A stretch of DNA of 64,000 nt, taken from an uncultured Clostridium sp. GTDB lineage: Bacteria > Bacillota > Clostridia > TANB77 > CAG-508. The stretch's first letter is position 1. Every line of letters begins with the position of its first letter. The stretch lies in contig CAMJYG010000002.1 in assembly GCA_946409935.1 (NCBI GenBank), positions 8,202 through 72,201 of the forward strand, in the 5' to 3' direction. The notes under the pieces were generated by a model, which saw nothing but the letters and a program-made list of their open reading frames with translations, was not told the DNA's origin and did no database searches. This document shows positions 58,852 to 64,000 of the stretch, one piece after another. Position numbers and translations under genes: made by a program.

Positions 58852-60201
58852 CTATTCTTCAAAAATTATACTCTTAAAATAATCTATATCTTGGTAATTT
58901 CCATACAAATCTCCTCTGTATGTATAAATTATTCCACAATAATCATTTTCTAAAGTTTCTATATACATTATATAATCCATACTATTTTTTTGGCTTGCTT
59001 TAATAATATAACACATTCCATATTTCGATTTATAATTTCCCATTTTTGAAAAATTAATATATTTACTATTATTCAATTTTCTCTCATTGCTATTTGAATA
59101 TACAAATTTATATATTTCATCAAATATTGCCTGATCTTTAGATTCTTTATTATCTTTATAATAAAAGTCTACCTTTCCTTTTGAATAATTTGTTTCTTTA
59201 TTTAAATCTGTGTCTGGAATATTAAATTCAAATATTTTATCACTATTATAATCATAAAAAAATTCAGTTTTGTATTTAACGAAACTTGAAATGCCATTAC
59301 TTTGATCTAATATTTTATATCTCGTAGCTATTAATTCTTTATTATCAATTGAATAATATTTTAAAATAAATGCACCATATTCTATATTTTCTCTCTTTGC
59401 ATTTTCTTTAACTTTTATTGTTTCCCCAGTTTCAATTATCTTATAAATATTTTCATTAAACAATATATCTCTTTTGATAAAATTTACTTTTCTAAACTCT
59501 ACTTCATCATAATATTTATCTTGTGAAATTATTTTTTTTAAATTTTCTTCTTTATATTTATCATATTTTATATGTAAACTTAATCCCTGTATAAATAATC
59601 CACATAATAAAATTACTGCGATTATTATATTAGTTATTATTCTTTGATTTATTATTTTTATATCTTGTTGTATATCTTTTAAATCGCATATAAGATTATT
59701 TATTTTATTATAACTATTATATGCATAGTATGGAATTCTAATTTTTTCATTATCTTTAAATTTTATCAACATCTCTCTATCTGGTACTCCAATTAAGAAA
59801 GCTATTGGAGTTGCAATTAAAATATACGCTATAGCAAAAAAAGCATTTGCAGCAGTAAAACCGATTACATCTTCCACATCTTTAATTCTCGTAATTTCAC
59901 TAATTCCAAAGAAAAAAAACAACAACACAAAAATCACAATACTTGTCCAACATATAGATATATAGCCTTTTCCTCTTTTAAATTTTACACAGTCTATATT
60001 ACTTATACTAGATTTTTTTTCTTTATGCATATTTCTTTCACTCTTTTTTTGTCCAAAACCACTTCTCTCATATATTTTTCTTTTATAATTAATATATATA
60101 CTATCATGATTTAATATAACTTCTGCTTTTTCTTCTTCTTTACTACTTGAATATCTTTTTGCATATATTACATTTGTTTCAAAATTATATTTAATACTCA
60201 T
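58852..60201 (-). CDS. hypothetical membrane protein
   Basis: Start at MSIKYNF with an AAGGAG SD. Three or four central TM helices and a large C-terminal soluble domain. Confidence 0.6.
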   Translation of the reverse strand: MSIKYNFETNVIYAKRYSSSKEEEKAEVILNHDSIYINYKRKIYERSGFGQKKSERNMHKEKKSSISNIDCVKFKRGKGYISICWTSIVIFVLLFFFFGISEITRIKDVEDVIGFTAANAFFAIAYILIATPIAFLIGVPDREMLIKFKDNEKIRIPYYAYNSYNKINNLICDLKDIQQDIKIINQRIITNIIIAVILLCGLFIQGLSLHIKYDKYKEENLKKIISQDKYYDEVEFRKVNFIKRDILFNENIYKIIETGETIKVKENAKRENIEYGAFILKYYSIDNKELIATRYKILDQSNGISSFVKYKTEFFYDYNSDKIFEFNIPDTDLNKETNYSKGKVDFYYKDNKESKDQAIFDEIYKFVYSNSNERKLNNSKYINFSKMGNYKSKYGMCYIIKASQKNSMDYIMYIETLENDYCGIIYTYRGDLYGNYQDIDYFKSIIFEE

Positions 60202-60306
60202 TTTTAACTCCTTGTATTCTTGCATAAAGTTTTCATTTCAAAGATATTATATCATAATTCTTATGTATTGTGAAATGTACCACAAAACATTTTTTTTATA
60301 CCTATT

Positions 60307-60666
60307 TTAATTAATTTTAAACAAATAAATAAGGACAAATCTAGCTAAAGTAATTACGGAAACAAATATAAGAACAGCGGGAAAAATATTTATTTTAAAT
60401 TTATGAACATATCTATCAATAAAAAATAGCACAATAAATCCCCACCATAAAAAAACAGTATAATTTTCTTTAAAAGCATTTTCAAATTGCCCTTGAAACA
60501 TATATATTGTTGCATGAGTAAGCCCACACCCGGGGCAATTTACGTTGAAAATAGCCTTTATTGGACACAATGTTGAAAACATAGCTTGCATAAGTACTAA
60601 ATATGCAATTATAAGGCATATTGCCAATCTATTATTATATATATCTTTTTTTAATTTATTTATCAT
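60307..60666 (-). CDS. DUF2752 domain membrane protein
   Basis: CPIKAIFNVNCPGCGLTHA motif. Confidence 0.75.
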   Translation of the reverse strand: MINKLKKDIYNNRLAICLIIAYLVLMQAMFSTLCPIKAIFNVNCPGCGLTHATIYMFQGQFENAFKENYTVFLWWGFIVLFFIDRYVHKFKINIFPAVLIFVSVITLARFVLIYLFKIN

Positions 60667-60746
60667 AAAAAATTCCTTACCCTGCAATTGTTTATACCAA
60701 TCATATTTACACATGCAATATAAAAAGTGGTCTAAACCACTTTTTA

Positions 60747-60788
60747 CCCTATAATAGAAAAGTCAGTATGGCTTTCCTATTATATAAA
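60747..60788. repeat. solitary R1 module A hairpin
   Basis: CCTATAATAGAAAAGTCAGTATGGCTTTCCTATTATA. Confidence 0.75.
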
Positions 60789-60789
60789 T

Positions 60790-61044
60790 TTAATACATTG
60801 ATGGCACTTGTACTGCTGAATTAAATACTGCTGTTCCAATTCCTAACATCAATAAAACAATATATATTAGAATTACAACACCTAATATAATTAATTGTGC
60901 TCTTGCCCAGTTAATTAAGTTTCTGTTTCTTACTGCTCCACATGCAAATACTATTGCTAAAATTAATCCTACACATGGAATAGCAAATAATAGTTGAAAT
61001 CCTATAAATTTTCCTACTGATAGTGGTTGATTTTCTTGATCCAT
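60790..61044 (-). CDS. small membrane protein
   Basis: Start at MDQENQ with an AAGGGGGG SD. 2-3 TM. Confidence 0.6.
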   Translation of the reverse strand: MDQENQPLSVGKFIGFQLLFAIPCVGLILAIVFACGAVRNRNLINWARAQLIILGVVILIYIVLLMLGIGTAVFNSAVQVPSMY

Positions 61045-61231
61045 ATTATTCCCCCCTTTTTTATTCATTATAATTCTAATATTTTTGTCTTTTTTTGTCA
61101 ATAGTAACTTATTTTTCAAAAATTATTTAAAATCTATTGATTTTCTCCGTTTTTCGTGTTATTCTTAAAGTATAGATTGTAAAATTATGACTAAAATTAT
61201 CGAAAAATAAGTAAAAAGGGGGGAATTTATT

Positions 61232-61498
61232 ATGGATAAAAAAACAACAAGCTGGGTAGCTTATCTTACTTGGATTGGTTTAATTATAGCTTTTTGTGCT
61301 GGAGATAAAGAAGGTGCTAAATTCCATATAAATCAAGCGCTTGTAATCTTCTTATTCTCTTTATTGTCTATTATTCCTTGTGTCGGATGGATATGGGGTA
61401 TATTTATGATAGTATGTTGGTTTATGGGATTAATAGCAGCTATAAACCAAGAAGAAAAACCAGTACCATTAATAGGTGGAATTAAAATATTAAAATAA
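61232..61498 (+). CDS. small 3-TM membrane protein
   Basis: SD AAGGGGGG. KFHINQALV motif. Confidence 0.65.
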   Translation: MDKKTTSWVAYLTWIGLIIAFCAGDKEGAKFHINQALVIFLFSLLSIIPCVGWIWGIFMIVCWFMGLIAAINQEEKPVPLIGGIKILK

Positions 61499-61589
61499 AG
61501 CTATTGAAAAATAGCTTTATTTTTCGCCTACTTAATATTTTAGTTTTTTATATACTTTATTTTTGTCTTGGGGAGGATTATTAATTTTT

Positions 61590-61973
61590 ATGAAAAAAAT
61601 TAATTACACTTTTATTTCTATATATATTACATATATATTAATTATTTTTTTAGGAATTATATATTTTTCAATTCTAGAAAAATATATTCCGATTCCCAAA
61701 TGCCCTTTTTATACTCATTTGGGTATTTTTTGTCCTGCCTGTGGTGGCACTAGAGCTATTATTTCCCTTTTGAATTTTGATTTATTATCTTCTTTTTTTT
61801 ATAATCCTATTGTTTTATATACAATTTTCTTTACAACTTTATATTTAATTACTGAATTAATAAATTTATTTTTTAATAAAAAAATAAATATCCCTTTTAA
61901 TTTTATCTTAAAATTTGGAATATTTATTTTATTTTCTAATTGTATAATTAAAAATATACTAATCTTATTTTAA
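61590..61973 (+). CDS. DUF2752 domain membrane protein
   Basis: CPFYTHLGIFCPACGGTRA motif. Paralog of 60307..60666. Confidence 0.75.
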   Translation: MKKINYTFISIYITYILIIFLGIIYFSILEKYIPIPKCPFYTHLGIFCPACGGTRAIISLLNFDLLSSFFYNPIVLYTIFFTTLYLITELINLFFNKKINIPFNFILKFGIFILFSNCIIKNILILF

Positions 61974-62000
61974 TTATTTTTTTATATTATATCACTGTAA

Positions 62001-63584
62001 TTATTCAATTCCAAGATATTCATTATATGTAACTTCTCTATCAATAACATTTCCATCTTCTTTTATGTCTATGATTCGATTTGCAACTGTTTGAGTCAAT
62101 TCATGGTCATGTGAAGTAAATAACATGTTTCCGGTAAATCTTTTCATTCCTTCATTAAGTGATGTTATGCTTTCCATGTCTAAATGGTTTGTTGGCTCAT
62201 CAAAAATTAAGAAATTTGCTCCAGATAACATCATTTTAGAAAGAACACATCTTACTTTTTCTCCTCCAGATAAAACACTTACTTGCTTTAATGCTTCATC
62301 TCCAGAAAATAGCATTCTTCCCAAGAAACTTCTTACATAAGTCTCATCTGGATCTTTTGAATATTTTCTAAGCCATTCTGTAACATTTTCATCTGTTTCA
62401 AATAAATAATTATTATCTTTTGGAAAATAATTTTGTGAAATTGTCGTTCCCCAAATTAGCTCGCCATCATCTTGCTCTATTTCTCCAGCTATAATTTGAA
62501 ATAAAACTGTTTTTGCAATTTCATTATCTGCTAAAAATGCAATTTTATCTCCTTGTTTTACATCAAAAGAAATATTATCTAATACTTTTACACCTTCAAT
62601 TGTTTTAGAAATATTTTTTACTCTTAATATTTCCTTACCTGGTTCTCTTTCTGGTTTAAAATCTATATAAGGATATTTTCTATTAGATGGTTTTATTTCT
62701 TCTAATTCAATTTTTTCTAATGTTTTCTTTCTAGAAGTTGCTTGTTTAGATTTAGAAGCATTTGCACTAAATCTTGCAATAAAATCTTGTAGTTCTTTAA
62801 TCTTTTCTTCCTTCTTTTTGTTTTGCTCTCTAGCTTGTTTTAATGCTAATTGGCTTGATTCATACCAGAAATCATAATTTCCTGGATAAACTTTTATTTT
62901 ACCAAAATCAACATCAGCAATATGTGTACAAACTTTATTTAAAAAATATCTATCATGTGATACTACAATTACTGTATTTTCAAAATCCATTAAAAAATCT
63001 TGTAACCAATTTATGCTTTTTAAATCTAAGTCATTTGTTGGCTCATCTAATAATAATACATCTGGATTTCCAAATAAACTTTGAGCAAGTAAAACTTTAA
63101 CTTTCTCCTTTGCTTCTATCTCTTTCATCATTTTATAATGATTATCTGGACTAATCCCTAAATCATTTAAAAGTGTTGCAGCATCAGCTTCTGCATTCCA
63201 ACCATCTAATTCCGCAAATCTTTCTTCTAATTTTGCAGCTCTCATTCCATCTTCTTCTGAAAAATCTGGTTTAGCATATATTTCATCTTTTTGTTTCATT
63301 ATATCATATAATTCTTTATTCCCCATTATTACGGTATCAATTACTGGAAATTCTTCAAAAGCAAAGTGATCTTGCTTCAAAATAGATAGTCTCTCTCCTT
63401 TATCTAGGCTTACGTCACCTTTACTTGGTTCTATTTCTCCTGATAAAACCTTAAGGAAAGTTGACTTTCCAGCTCCATTTGCTCCTATTATACCATAACA
63501 ATTTCCTTTTCCAAATTTTATGTTTACGTCTTCAAATAACACTCTTTTACCAAATCTAACAGTTACTCCATTTGCACTTAGCAT
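62001..63584 (-). CDS. ABC-F family ATPase (two ABC domains, no TMD)
   Basis: GANGAGKST, LLLDEPTN and LSGGEKVR motifs with a charged linker (KKKEEKIKELQDF). Confidence 0.9.
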   Translation of the reverse strand: MLSANGVTVRFGKRVLFEDVNIKFGKGNCYGIIGANGAGKSTFLKVLSGEIEPSKGDVSLDKGERLSILKQDHFAFEEFPVIDTVIMGNKELYDIMKQKDEIYAKPDFSEEDGMRAAKLEERFAELDGWNAEADAATLLNDLGISPDNHYKMMKEIEAKEKVKVLLAQSLFGNPDVLLLDEPTNDLDLKSINWLQDFLMDFENTVIVVSHDRYFLNKVCTHIADVDFGKIKVYPGNYDFWYESSQLALKQAREQNKKKEEKIKELQDFIARFSANASKSKQATSRKKTLEKIELEEIKPSNRKYPYIDFKPEREPGKEILRVKNISKTIEGVKVLDNISFDVKQGDKIAFLADNEIAKTVLFQIIAGEIEQDDGELIWGTTISQNYFPKDNNYLFETDENVTEWLRKYSKDPDETYVRSFLGRMLFSGDEALKQVSVLSGGEKVRCVLSKMMLSGANFLIFDEPTNHLDMESITSLNEGMKRFTGNMLFTSHDHELTQTVANRIIDIKEDGNVIDREVTYNEYLGIE

Positions 63585-63678
63585 TTTTAACATTCCCTTC
63601 TAAATAAAAATTTTTTCTTAAAGTATTATACAATATTTTCCAATACTTTTCAAGGATTTTATATCTTTTGATTTTTAT

Positions 63679-63754
63679 GCCAAAATTCTGTGCAACGCAT
63701 AGATCGAAGCTCATTATCTACAATAGGAAAAGATAACTTTCCAATTGTAGATAA
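63679..63754. repeat. R1 repeat fragment (C partial-D-A)
   Basis: AAAATTCTGTGCAACGCATAGATCGAAGCTC plus hairpin ATCTACAATAGGAAAAGATAACTTTCCAATTGTAGAT. Confidence 0.8.
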
Positions 63755-63840
63755 AATACAAAAATAGTAAAAGCATATTTTTTATCTTTTACTATTTTTA
63801 TAACAGTATTATTTTTTTGTTACTTGTAAAATATCTTAAA

Positions 63841-64000
63841 ATTAATCATCAAATAATAATTTAATTCCCCATAATCCTGAAATTCCAACTAAAGAATATA
63901 CTATTCTAGAAAGTACTGACATTTGTCCAAATATTGCAGCAACTAAATCGAATTTAAATAATCCTATTAATCCCCAATTTATTGCTCCAATAATAATTAA
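63841..64000 (-). CDS. DUF378-like small membrane protein (3' part; start beyond window end)
   Basis: My translation is ...IIIGAINWGLIGLFKFDLVAAIFGQMSVLSRIVYSLVGISGLWGIKLLFDD then stop. Confidence 0.65.

Overview
Very AT-rich, Gram-positive (Clostridia-like) chromosomal segment, judged from strong GGAGG-type Shine-Dalgarno sites, frequent TTG/GTG starts and the gene content. No similarity search was possible, so every family name comes from motifs read in the translations. The window has three blocks.

(i) 1-15.9 kb holds an ABC transporter, tRNA-Arg(UCU), and a decapitated M29 aminopeptidase replaced by a four-gene cassette. It also holds MgtA, membrane proteins, an M18 aminopeptidase and a FAD/Rieske oxidoreductase.

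(ii) About 15.9-39.9 kb is a mosaic graveyard of at least three integrative/mobilizable elements stacked against tRNA-Pro(UGG). One full copy and two partial copies of the tRNA 3' end are present. The block contains two truncated tyrosine integrases, two RepA_N genes, broken relaxases, a frameshifted IS3, a decayed relB-yafQ module and an orphan tyrS fragment. Its cargo includes a DUF3800 cassette, a CYTH/transglutaminase-like/P-loop kinase/NUDIX operon, a hairpin-flanked DUF4143 ATPase and a five-dockerin secreted protein.

(iii) 40-64 kb holds tRNA-Arg(ACG), a PspA operon, a large stand-alone adenosine-deaminase fusion protein and HtrA. It continues with an acyl-CoA ligase plus a C-A-T-R NRPS, a histidine kinase with a REC-HD-GYP regulator, Tex, DUF2752 paralogs and an ABC-F ATPase.

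A family of modular nested-palindrome intergenic repeats overlies all three blocks and often starts at or inside stop codons.

The best candidates for undescribed biology are:
- the ADA fusion with a C-terminal SLOG-like Rossmann domain (42435-44942);
- the CYTH-to-NUDIX operon (21357-23489);
- the palindromic repeat system;
- the palindrome-bracketed ATPase (25281-26696);
- the small-ORF + DUF3800 cassette.
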